A DNA stretch of 64,000 nucleotides from Bigelowiella natans CCMP2755. Its lineage: Eukaryota > Protista > Cercozoa. The notes under the pieces were generated by a model, which did no database searches, was not told the origin of the DNA, and worked only from the letters and a program-made list of their open reading frames with translations. The translations under genes and the position numbers were made by a program. Position 1 is the stretch's first letter, and each line of letters begins with the position of its first letter. The stretch spans positions 1 through 64,000 of the forward strand of contig ADNK01001780.1 in NCBI GenBank assembly GCA_000320545.1, read 5' to 3'. This document shows positions 1 to 14,362 of the stretch, piece after piece.

Positions 1-410
1 CTACCTCTCTTGAAATTCGAATCATCTTTCCCTGCAAAAGCTTTAGGCGTTGGGTATCTAGAAAGGCCGGTAAAACATCAGACGACGCAACCACCACGAT
101 CAAGCACTACGATGTGTTGATCCCACCACAGCAGCATCGTAAAACAATCGTTCGGCACATGATGAGTCTCTCGACGCATCTTGGGCAACATTTGGCCAAC
201 ATTTTTTGCCTTATACGGCGGCTCGGCTCTGTATACTGGGTTTGTGGGAAGGTGTTTACCGTGAGTAGAAGAAACCCTCATCGCCAATCCACGAAACGGA
301 GGAGAATTTCACCTTCATTCATTGTTTTTTGAAAGCAGCAGCCGTAGAGTGATCATGGTCGAAGAAGCGAGGACACAACCCGTCATCATGATATTTAGAA
401 TGGATGGTGG

Positions 411-442
<32 letters not shown>

Positions 443-2900
443 TTGATGTCGTGACGATGTACAAACGGTAGCGGGAGTATGCGTGGAGGGCTCGGATGCA
501 TGACAGATCAATCTTCTTCACAATATCGCTTCAGTGCTACTACCCAAGAAAGCTCGTCCTACATGTACGTATGTATGGAGAATCAAGAACAACAACACAC
601 GTTGGAAGAAGAGGAAGATGTCAGGTTATGTTAATAGTTTGACTCTCAGACGAAAAGGCTCTCTTCTCTCGGGCTAACGGATTGTGGCGGAGGGGGAGAG
701 GGAGGGGGTGCAGACAAATCACCTTGAAGTCCTCACAATCAGATACGCGGCGTACTTTGATAGTCGTCCAGTCAGAACCTGACCTCTTAACACCTGAAAG
801 CATCGTGTATGCGTCCATTATCTACAATGAAAGCAATAAGAGAATGCTGTGTGTGTCCGCGTGCGCGCGAAAACGCGTGCACACATACTACAAAACGTAT
901 CTCGAATTGTCATCTGCGCCCTTTGTGTACGCACAAAGAGCAACCGAGAGGCAGCAGTACTAGTAGTATTAGTATTAGTAGTAGTAGTAGTAGTAGTGGT
1001 AGTAGTGGTAGTAGCAGCAGCAGTACCATATGCAACGAGCTCCGCATTATCTGAGAACTTCGTTACACCCAAAGATGCCGTCCCATCCTACCACGAAAAC
1101 AGCCAGATACATTATCTCACATTGCCCAACCCCCTCTCACGCGACACGGATGATGGTGATGATAGCTTCTAAGGAGGGGGTGGCTGTCTTCTTTTGAGGA
1201 GCTTTCTCAATGTTACAGCGAGGGGGTGGAATGGGGGGAAAAAACAAAGCGTTGTTTGAAATGAGACTGCAGAGGCGCCGATCTGCATTGAAAACAAGGG
1301 CGGAGGGTACGTCCTCCTCCGTTCAAATCTATCGACGGATCTTCAGTGTTCGGCGATGTTTTTAGGGAAATATGGAATAGCTTGCTCCTACCTTCGAGAA
1401 CTTGTTTGGATCAAGCAGCGCAGAGGCTTCACCGTCCAGCGAGCTTTGCTTGTAAAGAACCTAAAGGGGCAGGGAGAGGGTTGGGGAGGCATAGCAGAGA
1501 GCGTTCGAGACTTGACAAGAGCGCGATAGCTTATTCTTCTGTGTGTGAATGAAGGAAGCAAGGCTTGTGGGTTGCTAAATGAAGGTTTTTACGCATCCCA
1601 GTCATAACACCTGCACGTTCATACTTACTCACGTGCACACGAGAAACGGGGTGGAGGGGGGGGGAGGGGGTCATGTGTAATCTAAATGAGTGAGGATTGA
1701 AGAGAAACACCACGATGACAGACGACCATACATAATGATTCTGGAGGCCGTCATTGCGGAAGAAGAAGTAATGCTTTCCTGATATTCGGTGGGAGAATCA
1801 TTTCTTCTTCAACACGCGATTTATCGATGATCATAGCCCCTCAGATCACATAGCTCGACGACTCTCCTTTCCCATTCATTCATTCGTTCTCTCGTTTCGC
1901 TCGCTCGCTCATCAAAGGGTTGTATGGTGCATACAGCAAACCTCGCTTGAAGGGGATTCCAAACTTCTCATAATTCTGAAGAAAGTAGAATATACGACGG
2001 CGTGAAGAGTGGGTGGCGGTACAGCGATTGTGGGGAGTCGAACATTTGTACTTATCACACCTGCATCTCCATTTGTCGCGCGGTGATCTCCGCTCTGATT
2101 TTGCATTCCTTCTCGAAGTAGCCGTCGGTCAGTCCCACCTGGCCGCAGTCAGCGGATTTTTAGAATTGCTTTAAATGACTGGTAGAGCGGATCCCTGCCC
2201 GTTTATCTAGCCGCTGTTTGATTTGTGAGAGATTTACCTGCTCTTTAACCCATGCTTGGGTAGCTTCGGAGTCTGGATCCTCCAGCCACCTTTGGTGAAT
2301 ATATTTGTATGTTTTTTATCTGTATTATATCATTTCTTTTAAATATGTTTGTGTGTGTGTGTGTGTGTGCGTTTGTACGTGTGCTTGTACGTGTGTTTGT
2401 ATGTGCACGCTCATGTATGTATATGCGTGCTGGTACTAGAAAGCGCGTGTTCTTCGTTAGAGCACGCTGGTTTTGTACCGGTAAGGATCTTCGACTTTGA
2501 TGCCGTGGTATTCATCAACTACCACTTTCTTCTCAGTCTTTGGGTACTGCCAGCAAGAGAAGGATAAGATGATGATCGAACACAAAAATGCTACGCTACA
2601 TGTATGTCGAGTAGCATAGTTTTCAAGAGGTCTGCGGTCGCTCGTCGGTCAGATAATATTCATAAATTTCTCGGCTTTCGTAACATCTCTTAGAGGTTTT
2701 TAAAAGAAGCGATACGCCCCCCGCCCCCGGGCAATCGTGTGCCCATCGTGCCCCCCACCTTTAGAGTCGAGGCCATTGTTGCGAGGCTGGTTGGCTGGTG
2801 GATTCGGGAAGGAAGTGCTGCAGGTATGAAGCATAAAGTGTACTTCCTTCGATCACATTTATCGCCTTACTGATGTAAATGGCACCTTTTTTCTGTGACG
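1..2900 (-). CDS. PREP: Prolyl oligopeptidase (S9A family), 5' part; multi-exon, runs off the left edge; first exon uncertain
   Basis: Spliced minus-strand exons read YPKTEKKVVVDEYHGIKVEDPYR|WLEDPDSEATQAWVKEQ|VGLTDGYFEKEC..|NYEKFGIPFKR|GKHYFFFRNDGLQNHY|VLYKQSSLDGEASALLDPNKFSK|DGTASLGVTKFSDNAELVAYG|VKRSGSDWTTIKVRRV..|DELSW|VKFSSVSWIGDEGFFYSR|YPTP. This matches the POP N-terminus and beta-propeller (DPYRWLEDPDS, GLQN, SGSDW, VKFS motifs). Confidence 0.95.
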
Positions 2901-3326
2901 CATGACATTAATATGGGGTATTTTCTTCTTCGTCAAAAAAAAGAGAGCCACTGTAAAACTGGAACTTTGCGAGTCTCCTCATATTTCACACTCGTACATC
3001 TGTGAGGAAAAACAGGGAGGACAGCAAAAGTAGATCAATTATTTACGAAGTTTGTTGCGTAAAATTAGATCCATGGAATATGACGGGCAACCATTCTGTC
3101 TACTCCAAGAAGTACGATGGAACTCAAGACGCAAAGCTACGATATTGACCCGATATTATTCGTAAAAGTATACAATCAGATTAATGAAGAGTATTTATCC
3201 TCGAAGATATTAAGAAATTTGCTCTTATTTCGTTAAATTAAGAGTCTTAACTTCGCAAATACTCATTTAGGTACGTCATCTTGTGCTGCGAAACAATCAG
3301 ATTGTGCGGACGGCTAGGTGCCCTTA

Positions 3327-4079
3327 ATGGCGGCCGAACCCCAACCCTCTCGTCGGCTGCAGAGCCTGGCAAGACTCTCCGGCCCTAGGAACCCCCGTTC
3401 ATCGAGAGTCCGACAAAACAATTTCAATCATGTGGGGGGGCTTGATTTTGGCGCGAAGAGGCTGGTGGATCTTAGGGAGGAATGCAAGAAGAGGGTATAT
3501 CCCTCTTGAGTTGTCCAAGCACTCATACATCTAGAGATAGGGAAAGGGGTCAAGCATGTTGCATTCGATTCCACGTCTGAGTAAGAACGTTTTTTAGGGA
3601 CTTCATTGTGGGGGGAGAAAACAGGAGCTGATTGACAGGCTGAATCAGCACGAGAACCCCAACCCTCCAATAACTTCTTCTTCAGTACAAGACGGCGTCC
3701 AGCCTGGCTTGTCCGCGGAGGAGAGGTCTATGCTTCTAAGAGTAGAAGATCGGAATGCTACAGCAGGCTCTCCAATGCCTGGTACAACAGCAGCAACCGC
3801 AAGTGCTCCAGCCAACCGGCGCGATGATGGGGGTGGGAGAGAGCGTCGTTCTTCAGATTTTGTGCCCGAGATCGGCAGTCAGGAGGATGTGGCCACCTTT
3901 GCGGACCACTGGCGGAAGAAACGGCGACTGAGGCAATCTGGTATGGAATGATGGCGTGCATGTGATGTCTATAACGGGAAGGACTGCACCGTTTGATGCT
4001 GTATAGAGCAAATCAAGAGAGAATTTGGGTGTTCTTCAGGCTTTTTCCGGGATATCGTAAACACCATTGAAACAAGCAT

Positions 4080-4157
<78 letters not shown>

Positions 4158-5185
4158 GAGCCTGGAACCAGCTGCACTCTTAGCTCTCCCTCACCCTCCG
4201 TAGCAAACGGGGGGCGGAAAAGGCGTCGGCGCGTAGACGTGAGCGACATTCCTCGGGAGCAGAGGCGGCTGATTGACATAATTGCAGATACGTCCTCCGG
4301 ACAGGAAGCTAAATCGGCCATTGATCGCAGAAAAGCCGAGAAGATGAGACGTAAGCGACAAGAAGAGCGCGACAAGCGACAAAGGGAGCAACTGCAGCAG
4401 CAGCAGCAGGGGAAGGGAGGAGATAGTGGCGGCGGCGGTGGTGGTGGTGGTGTGCACAATGCAGACAATCGTGGTAGTAGTTATGGGTTATTGCCTCTTG
4501 ATACGTCTACTAGTGCTGCTTCCGCTGCTGCTCCTGAGTACCACAACAAGGAGGAAGAAGACAATAGGTAGTAATTGTTATCTTCCGATTCACTTCTGTC
4601 ATACTCTGTGTAGTGCAGTCGGTCGGCATTTTTGTGGAGTGCCCCCCCCCCCCCCCCCCCTCCCATTTTCATGGGAAAAAGTGAGCTGACTGAAGTGAAT
4701 GCTAAAAGCTGAGAAAGAGGATGCAATGCCTGATAGAAATAGCTTTGGGCAGCACCGTTGCAACCTTCTATATCCTCCTTCCTCAGGGATGACCTCGACG
4801 GGTTTGATGAAGCCGATGATGCCGACTCAGCGATCCTCATGGACTCCGAGGAGGGGGGGGGTGAGGGGGGGGTGAACAACTCCCACGCCATGCAAGTCAT
4901 GATCAAGAACGGCCGAGTCGTCATCAACGATATGAATACTCACATCTACTCGGAGGAGCCAAACTACGCTGATTACAAAGTCACAATTCAAAATATGATT
5001 CTTGTAACAGCAGTTCATGATCATGATGATGATGATGATCATGATGATGATGATGATGATAGTGGTGGTGGTGGTGGTGTGCGTGCGTGCGTGCGTGCGT
5101 GTGTGTGTGTGTGCTCATTTTGTCCCCGGGCAAGTATGCTACATAAATACACATATCTCTCACACAATACAATACACACATTATA

Positions 5186-5224
<39 letters not shown>

Positions 5225-5228
5225 GATA

Positions 5229-5267
<39 letters not shown>

Positions 5268-6642
5268 CCGAATGGATAGAGAGTTGAAGTGGAGACGGTG
5301 TCGTCCTACGCAGCCAAGGCGCACACAAAGAGGTGACAATTTGATCCTCTCTTCTCCTCCTCATCCTCCCCCCCCTCCTTCTCCTCCTCCTCCTCCCTTC
5401 AAACCCTCCTCACGCAAGATGCGTGTTCTCTCGGACATTGGTCTGCTGGCAAGCTCACGTCCACTTTCGTCAGATGAAATTAACAGTAAAAACGTGAAAC
5501 GGTGGAGCGCAGATGAGACCCGGCTATTCCTTGCTGCCCTCTCGCAAAACGGTTGCAATTTCGACTTCATCCGCACACTTTTCCCGGACCGGTAGCTGCT
5601 ATTGCTCATCACCAATGTGACATCAAATGTGAAGGATAACGCCTTTCGGCAGGGGTTTTGTGTTATGAACAAAGGGGGAGGGGGGTGGGGGGGGGGGGGT
5701 TGAACCACAAATCTTCATATCCTCGATATGTTTTCTAAAACTTCTCTTTCACTGCTACCACCACTCTACCACTACCACTACTACTACTACTGCTGCTGCT
5801 GCTGCTACTGCCATTGCTGCCATTAATACAACCACGCTGCCGCAGAACGCACAAGCAGCTCAAAAGCAAGTATAAGACGGAGGCGCGTCGTAACCCCAAG
5901 GCCATCTCAGATGCGATGAAAGGAATGCTACTTATAGACGACAGGGAAAGAGACATTCTCCACGCCCATGCAATAAAGGCGAGAGAGGTAGGTCCCACAC
6001 GCATTCAGGGGGGGGGAGCTTTTGGTGTGTTGCTGCCACTGAATGATCACGTTCGTCGCCATACACCTTTGCCATGTGTACCGCATCGTGCTGGTTTGAG
6101 CTGCTGTGGTGGTTTTTGCGAATTGCACTGCTCCCAGGCTGCCGATCGCCATGCCTCCGAGAAGCAGAAGAAGTGGAAGCTGAGGCAGCAGAAGCAGCAG
6201 GGAAACAAGCCATCTTCTTCTTTCGGGGCTGATGGGATAAGGAATCCAAGCGCTGATGACGGGAACAAGAGCGCCCTGACCAAAAATCGCCGCCCAGGAA
6301 ACCGCCCACCATCACCGCCTCCCCCTGCACCGCCGTCAAAACCTGCCGACAAGGGGGGGGGGGATACTATATTTGGTGCTGCTGATATGACGGTGCTAGT
6401 GGAGACGGGAAGAGGCGGTGGCACGAGGTCCGCACCTTGTTCCAAGAAGGATACTGGGGGAAATAGCGAGCCGCAAGCTATTGATGACGAAGGCAATAGC
6501 AGCTCCAACAAGATCAGAGTACAAGACAAAGAAGGCGCCGGAAAAGCGTCGTCGGGAGGGGATGACGCGGAGGTTAAAAACAATGGTGACGACGGAGCTG
6601 CAGCAGCTGCAGAAGGTTACGAAAATTAAAATAACTATTTAA

Positions 6643-6677
<35 letters not shown>

Positions 6678-7103
6678 TAGAGTAGCCATTGCAAGATCGC
6701 ATCACTACATCGTGGTGCGATGTTCCTTCTCCGCATCTTTCCCCCCTTCATGCTCCTCAATTTTGCATTATAATTATTATCTACACAGGTGACGCTGCTG
6801 AGAAGGATGACGAGGAAGAAGCTGGAGAGGGGGCGGTCACAAGAATCGTGGAGGATATTCAATACGACATGTAGTATTTGTGCAGCAGCCTTTTGAATAA
6901 AATATTTTGCCCGAAATACGTTAGAAATAGGAGAGAAGGGTTTGGACGTGATTGATGAGTCGGAGGACGGCGCCGTGCACAATAGTGATGATATGATAGC
7001 ATGGTGGAAGAATATATCGATGATTATGGCGCAATTTTCATGCTACTTCATCGAGAGCACGGATAGTAGAGGATGGAGAAATGGAGAAGGCTGATTATTT
7101 TCT

Positions 7104-7153
<50 letters not shown>

Positions 7154-7425
7154 ATCTTTATGTGCATGTGTGGGTGTGTCGCTTATGCGTTGTGCTTCTG
7201 CTAAATCTGAAACGCAGCGACGAAGATGATGAGGATCTGCTCGGCGATGACGAGGACGATGAAGATGACGAAGCAATTCTTGACATCGGTGATGTGGATG
7301 CTGAAAAGGATGACGACAACGATGGAGGGGACGACCACAGCGCAGCTCCTTCCCGGCGTAGAGGGCAGTACGAAATCATCGAAGATTATGAGCAAGACGA
7401 ATTTTGTGAAGATGAATACGTATGA
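3327..7425 (+). CDS. Bdp1 (TFIIIB B'')-like SANT/Myb protein with N-terminal SAP domain and acidic tail; multi-exon
   Basis: Exons give KRWSADETRLFLAALSQNGCNFDFIRTLFPDR|THKQLKSKYKTEARRNPKAISDAM, the Bdp1-type Myb domain pattern. The N-terminal exons join as KRLVDLREECKKR|GLHCGGRKQELIDRLNQ (SAP motif). The last exon ends EDEYV* at 7425. Confidence 0.75.
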
Positions 7426-8122
7426 GCAGGAGATAGAACTCCGAGGAAACAGCTGAAAGGAATGGCAATGCACAGAATCATGCTGTCGTGCACTGTCATC
7501 ATCCAGATCTTTCATCATGAGAATGCATTAATGAATCAGGAATTGGTTATCAAGACTATGATTGACAAACGCCTGTAATTTTTGAATGAGCACGCTTCTC
7601 TGCAATGTGATCAGCTGTCGTGCATTCATTTCCTCATTTATTTGCTAGCTTGCAACTACGCACGCATTATTGCAGACGTGCATGCTAGCATGTATATCCA
7701 TGCTATAATGCTCGCTATACATGGGGCGTGTGAAATACATGGTCATGCTCTTCAGGGCGAGTACGTGCACAATTGAGGATGAGACATGTCAGCTAAATGG
7801 TTCGCGTATGCAAAAATATGGGATTGTGCCTTGCTAGTTTGGGTTATCACATAAAATTCAAGTCAAGTTTACGCGAGCGATCTTATTTACATGTTACAAA
7901 GCGCTTCATGGGGCACATGCACGTGCGCAAGGTCATCTAGCAAAGCGTCAGCGACAAATGCATCTTAGTTCTTCGCCACGTTAGCACGCATGCTAGCATG
8001 CGTATCGTACAACACTTGCTGCGTTCTAATGGCAATAAACACTACTTGTGTCAGCGCACATGACAGCGCGTGCTGTGCATGGAAATTCAACATTATTCCA
8101 ACATACATTTTTAGTGTTCTCA

Positions 8123-8980
8123 CTATTCTTTTTGCTGTTTTTCTTCATACGCCATTTTTATAGGCTTCCGCCTGGTCTTTCTCTTCCTCCGTATCACCCG
8201 CTTTGTCTCGGGGTGGTAGTTTGACCAAGGGCCGCCGCCTCTTTTGTAGAAATCCATCGGATATATCTGCCCCAGACAAAAAAAACAAGGAACTCATTGG
8301 CACAGAAAGATTACCAGAGCATGACACCAGTGTCCAGAATCAGAACACACTTCCAACAGTCTCTCTCATTCATTTCTTCTGGTGTGTCGTCTTCTTCTTG
8401 TTGATATTGCTCGTTCCCTCATTGTCCCGTGACTCAAGTACGGGTGTACTAGCGGTGTGTGCGTGCCTACCGATTTCCATTTTTGGAGGTCCAAAGCGAC
8501 CTCGAGCTCATACGGAGAGAGCAAGGGCCTTCATAGTCGCAGAGGTGAAGCAATATTGTCTCAGATTGGGTTGAAAGGAGTACAGAGATGCAGGTGGGAA
8601 TGAAAGGGGATAAAACAGGCGGTTTTCAGGCTCGGATTGACTGCGCAGCATGTCAACAGCCCGTCGTGTGTGTTCTCAGCGCCGCCGGCGACATGCAATA
8701 CGAAATTGCACCATAGAGTTCTGTGGAATTGGCTTTGGGTCCGTGCTCACAACGTGATAAATATTATGATGGTGTCGCGGCAGTTGGTCGATTGATGGAA
8801 GTATGTGCGAATATATGCACGTTACCTTTGAAATGCGTGGCCCCAGTCTATCGAGAGCCGAGGACACGCAACCTGCACCCACGCTTCTATGCTCTTGAAC
8901 ATGCGGAGCTTGGCCGGGAAAACCTGATACGACGGTTGCGCAATGTTGTTGTTGTCGTTTTGGATATACTCTGTACACCC

Positions 8981-9016
<36 letters not shown>

Positions 9017-9609
9017 AGATGATTATGATAGATGATAGATGATAGATTGGTGCTGCTGCTACCTCAGAAAGAAGCACTATGACCGCCTCTTTCCCAGCTT
9101 CCTCGATGCTGCTCATTTCAAGCATACCACGAACAATCCAAAGTCAAGGACGGGACAAAAGCCACTAATTCTAGTCTACTCATCCTCGAGTTAGGAGGTT
9201 AGGGAGGCATGACGGGGAAGGGAAGGGGGGGGGTGGGAAGAATACATCGAGCGCTTACTTCTTCTTGATTCTGTTCACAATGTTTGTGTTTCCCTGCCGA
9301 CCGAGAGTGCCCATAACCACTCCGAATACGCGAGCCTTCGAGGCCTGTAACAGAGAGGCTGTAAGAAGAGGAGGAGGAGGAGGAGAAGATAAAATGTTTA
9401 TCCCCCACTTCCCTTGAACCATTACCTCTTTGATTGCCTTTTGCCGTAATTGATGCATACGGCTATGGTCATATTTCTCCTGAAATATGTAAATATAAAT
9501 AAATAAATATATATATATATATATATATATGTCATAAGACGTGTACAGAGGCACAGTTGGGACAGATTCAAGGCGTACTGTCAACAATGGAATATGTGCA
9601 CGCAAGGTA

Positions 9610-9645
<36 letters not shown>

Positions 9646-9665
9646 CATCCAAACACACATGTGCA

Positions 9666-9702
<37 letters not shown>

Positions 9703-9897
9703 AAAATACAAATCGGCGGTAATAATAACAAAAGCAACAACAACAACAACAACAACAACAACAGTAACAATAAAAATTAATAGCAATACCAATGTGATCT
9801 TCCTTGAGTACGGATCATACTTGTAGAAGGCCCTCACGTCTGAAAACGCACACAGGGCAAAAGTTAACCGCCAGCAGTAGTGCGAAATATGATGATC

Positions 9898-9928
<31 letters not shown>

Positions 9929-10479
9929 GGATGATGAGTAGTGATGATGCTATGTAGATAGAAGCTGTTAATCATGAGAAGCACAAATGCGTTAAGAGTT
10001 ACGCGGGTCTTTGAAATCCTATATAGCACATTCATGACTGTGTAGTGAGTGTGTGTGTGTGTGAATGTGAGTGTGTGTGCGTTGAAGAGAGGAGTGCGAT
10101 TGCTCGTGATTATGCGTGCTTTTCTTTTGGGCTAAGAGGTCAGTGGGTATTGCTAGCAAACCGGGGTTCTGGATCATAAGAGATTCCAGGTGGAAGCGCC
10201 CTGTGTGTGTGTTTGTGGAGAAACAATCGAGAGGAAGAACAACAACAACAACAACAATAACAAAGGGGGTGGAGGCGAAGGTGAACACGAATGCTTACTC
10301 TTCTGATGTTTTAGATTTAACGTGATGACGACCGTCTGCAACGAATATCACTGTCGGTGCATTGTCTTCTTCCTTCGTTGCTCCAAGACTGCCATCCTGC
10401 CCTTTCGCCTTTGTCTCGATAAGTCGGGGGGCGGTGCAGCCCAAGACCTCTCCTACGTGATGATCGCACAACAGTCAAT

Positions 10480-10527
<48 letters not shown>

Positions 10528-11208
10528 GTATTATGTTATAAAATATAAAATTTGCACATTTAGAGAGGGGCGGGAAAAGGGGACCACCGATGTACAAGTA
10601 ATGCAGTATTCAGCACAACAATTGAACCCCCCCCCCCCCCCCCCCCCTCTCTTTCTCTTCACACCTGGGGAGAGCGGTTTAGCTTGCGGCACGCTTATGG
10701 ATGAATACCTGATGAATAGAGATACCAAACCAAAGCTACAATCTTGAGAAGAAGAAGAAGATGATGATAATGAAACTGCTGTCTATTCGTCTTCGCCGCT
10801 AGTGTCGGATTCTTCTTCTTCTTTCGATAGGATGGAGGTGTTGTATACTTGCTAGCGAGCTTCCTCTTGGCAGTTCTAACAGATGCTGTGAACTGGAGAT
10901 AGAGTATTATATTAGAATATGATGAGGACTTTGTGAACTGGAGATAGAGTTTTATATTAGAATATGATGAGGACTTTTCATTCTCTCTTTCTCCTTCTTC
11001 TTTTTCTTCTTCATCGTTGCTGAGCGCTCATCTTACTTGGATCGTGCCAGCCAGGATGATGTTATCCCCCGGTTTGAAGTTTGCTTCGACGGTGCTAACA
11101 AGGTGCTTGACTGTGCAGCATATGCGCGACAGCACGTACACAAAAAGCTCAACGAACGGTTGCGCACAAAAACAACCCTTTAATATTTACATTCACACCA
11201 CGAGCGAG

Positions 11209-11277
<69 letters not shown>

Positions 11278-12407
11278 ATTCTTCCATATCACTCCTCACC
11301 ATTGATCCCGATTTCGACGAAAACGTAGAGCATTTTTATAGGCCCTGTGGGGTCCACCGGCACCAAGCAGCTATGACCGTAATGCACGACAAAATCGCAG
11401 TCTGTGAAGACAGAGGCACGATCAGATTCTAGCTTGTTCTTCTCGAGGCAGCAGCGATATCAGTCTTTGCTGTTCAATTTCACCATCAGCATCATCTGTT
11501 CTGCAACTGCTACTTCCTGCTACTTCTCTTCTCCTTGCCCCCTCCCACTGCTACACCTACCAAGAGCTCTGGCTGAGAAATCGTCCACACAGCAAGCCCC
11601 GTATGTAACGTCCCCCATAACAAGAGTATCAACTCCTGCAAACTATTGACGGACAGGGGGCGTTGCAGTTCCCATACACACACACACGCAGATATATCAT
11701 GAAATTGTCATTTTTCAGGCTCTGGAACAGACAATCCCTCCCCGTGACGTCGCAGATGATTCTATCACAGAAAATATTCTATATATTTTGTCGCTAGAAC
11801 GTAGGAATGTAAACTTAAAGATTCCACGTAAATATTTGTTTTTATGTGAAGAAATCGCACAGTTAGGATCAATCCTTGCGTTTTCGGATAATTGTAGAGT
11901 CGTGGAAGGAAGACATCCAACCTTTTCTAAGATGTCCGATATGAGGAGCGAGTACATCAGCAGCCCCTCCGGAAATTGCAAAGCGACCCTAATATGTACA
12001 AACACTTGGATTCGAGGAATGAGAGACACCGAAACTGTGCGAGCTGTCTTACCGCTTCGATTTTGCCTCGCGCAGCCGCCAAATCGTCTTCGGAATCTGC
12101 AGCAAAGCCAAAACGATAACAGGTCAACGCAGTCCTGAAGGTAGATCGCTCCTCAGATTTCACACCTCGAAAGAGTAGTTATCTGGCAGGATCTTCATCG
12201 CTTCCTTAAGCGCTTCATTGTTCAGTATGTCCAGAGGGATTTGTTGAGAGTGCTTAACTCTGGAATGCAAGACAGCGTGATAAATAACTTAATTCTTGAA
12301 TCGTGCTACATTGAGGCAACAAACCTTCGTGGTAGATGCGCTTTCTTCTTCTTTCTCGCATCGGTGAGAGCCACGGTCGTCGTCGTCGCCGCCGTCGTCT
12401 CCGCCAT
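8123..12407 (-). CDS. DPH1: Diphthamide biosynthesis protein 1 (2-(3-amino-3-carboxypropyl)histidine synthase subunit 1); multi-exon
   Basis: Exons encode LPDNYSFE|[40 protein letters not shown]|[49 protein letters not shown] and YPMDFY..GPWSNY. ATG at 12407, TAG at 8123-8125. Confidence 0.95.
10887..10976. repeat. Tandem duplication of a 45-bp unit (2 copies, 1 mismatch) in a DPH1 intron
   Basis: tgtgaactggagatagagt(a/t)ttatattagaatatgatgaggactt occurs twice head-to-tail. Confidence 0.9.
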
Positions 12408-12785
12408 GGATTCGCCACAATCCGTTCCTCAGACCGTACAGAAGTCTATCGATAGATATTGAATCAATCATAGAATCACAGGGGGGATACGTGTTTGGTG
12501 AATGGTATTGCTACGTGTTTTCGAGGGGGGGGGGCGGACAGTGCTAGGCGACAGCTTTTCGACTTCTTTAGACAATAATTTACCCATAAAATATCTTAAT
12601 GAAATACTCCGATCTTCCATCTCCAATTCCGCCGAATTCAGTTAGAAGATATTGTGTTGAAGTATATTATGTTGGATAAATTTGGTATAAATTATGTTCT
12701 ACGGATCATCCCCCGCGAAACAACATCAACAACATCAACAACAACAGAACAACTGAGCGAATCTCCAACAACTGATCATCCGACA

Positions 12786-14319
12786 ATGGAGTCGCTATTA
12801 ACCGAAGATGCAGCGGCGGAGGAGAGAAAGGTGGCAGCCCTTTTCCGCATAGACACTGACCCGAACCCATAACGCCAGCATAATTAAACGCACATAGGAG
12901 GAGAAAGTAGAAGAGAAGAGGCGTCCCAAACCACGCTACGTCGGGAATAAACAAGGGAAGGACGAAATCTGCTCGTGGGAGCAAACGATTACTGGTACGC
13001 GAACTGAGCTTGCAGTCTCCATCCCCGATTTTGCAGTGGTGGTGATGGTGGCAATTTGGTTGTTACTTTCTGCAGAGATCGTAGTGAAGGTTTCCATCCC
13101 CCCCCAGCAGGACGGCGCTCTTTCACAGGTTCGTTTTGTGTGCACGATGTTTTTAACCTTTTCCTGGTGGCGATTAAATGCTTTAAACCAGACATCATTT
13201 CCCCTAGCCTTTCGCCCATTTCTTCTTCTTCTTCTCTCTCTCCCCCCCCCCCGCAATCCCCTTCTATTCTTCCTTGGTCGCTTCATTTAATATATTCATT
13301 CGCGCAATTCGTGCTTGTCTTCTTCCCAGAACCGAGTCAGAATAAAAAGCAAGACTCTCCTCGTGAAAATTGGTCAGAAATAATCATCATTAAATTGAAA
13401 ATGAGTCATGGACATCAAGCGTTATCACACGTCTTGGATTCGTCACCTCTTTTGATAGCGAGCAACTTTGTGTGTACGTACGAATTTTTTGTCTTAATAA
13501 AATTAAGTTTTCCCTTAGTCTGTGGTATCTGATGTAGGAGACAAAACGGTGTTCGACGAGGAGGAGCTGTATGACATGGTATTTTTACATGTGTGTTTGT
13601 CTGCTAGCACTCCTCCAGAGATTATGCGCGAGGAAAGCGTATCATCATCATCATCATCATCATCAAACTTGCAGGTGCATTGTGATGCCTCCACTTGGAC
13701 CATGCAAAAAGACGACTATGGCGCTTTTGATTCGGTATAGCAGGGAGATATTGTTCGCCGTTCGTAATTTCTTGCTTTGCAAAGACTCAGGAACCCACTG
13801 ATAAACTCCCCATCCCCCTTCCTCAGCTGGAAATATCACTGAGCAAAGTCATCCCTGGCTGGTGGCCAAGACCGTTCAAAAGTAGCATCGTGCACGTATT
13901 CATGCAGCGCACACCCTCACCCACCCCCTCCAAACCGGGGCGTATACCGTGCAATTGGATTACTTTCTCTTGTCAAATTATGTTGCGTTATTGATTTTCC
14001 CTATCGCTCCGCAGCGTCACACGCGAAAGAAGCAGGGGGCGAGGAGAAGCATGCCGATGATGATGAGAAGGAGAGCAAGAAAGAACCGGCAGTCAATGCG
14101 GAGGTGCTGTTCATCGTTGATGATTGCTGATTGTGATGTTCGATTGCACTAATTCTTGATAATGATGTTGGTGACAGGGCGTGAGGCTGTCCATCAGCTT
14201 CTTAGGTTCTGAACGTTTTTTGTAGAAGAAGAAAAAGAAGAAGAGGAAGAACAAATAGTTGTATTAATGCTGCTGTTTTGGCTTAGATGGTAATGGTGTG
14301 GTGGTATATTTCCTACATA

Positions 14320-14362
<43 letters not shown>

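Noticed and set aside
1760-1840. In-frame TGA in a minus-strand reading (..LLLLPQ*RPPES) as possible selenocysteine or readthrough
   Set aside because: Wrong frame; the true PREP exon reads GKHYFFFRNDGLQNHY with no stop.
4079-5279. Many ORFs with [24 protein letters not shown] or poly-M/D/H tracts, here and throughout the window
   Set aside because: They are translations of intronic microsatellites, which lack stops in several frames; they are not proteins.
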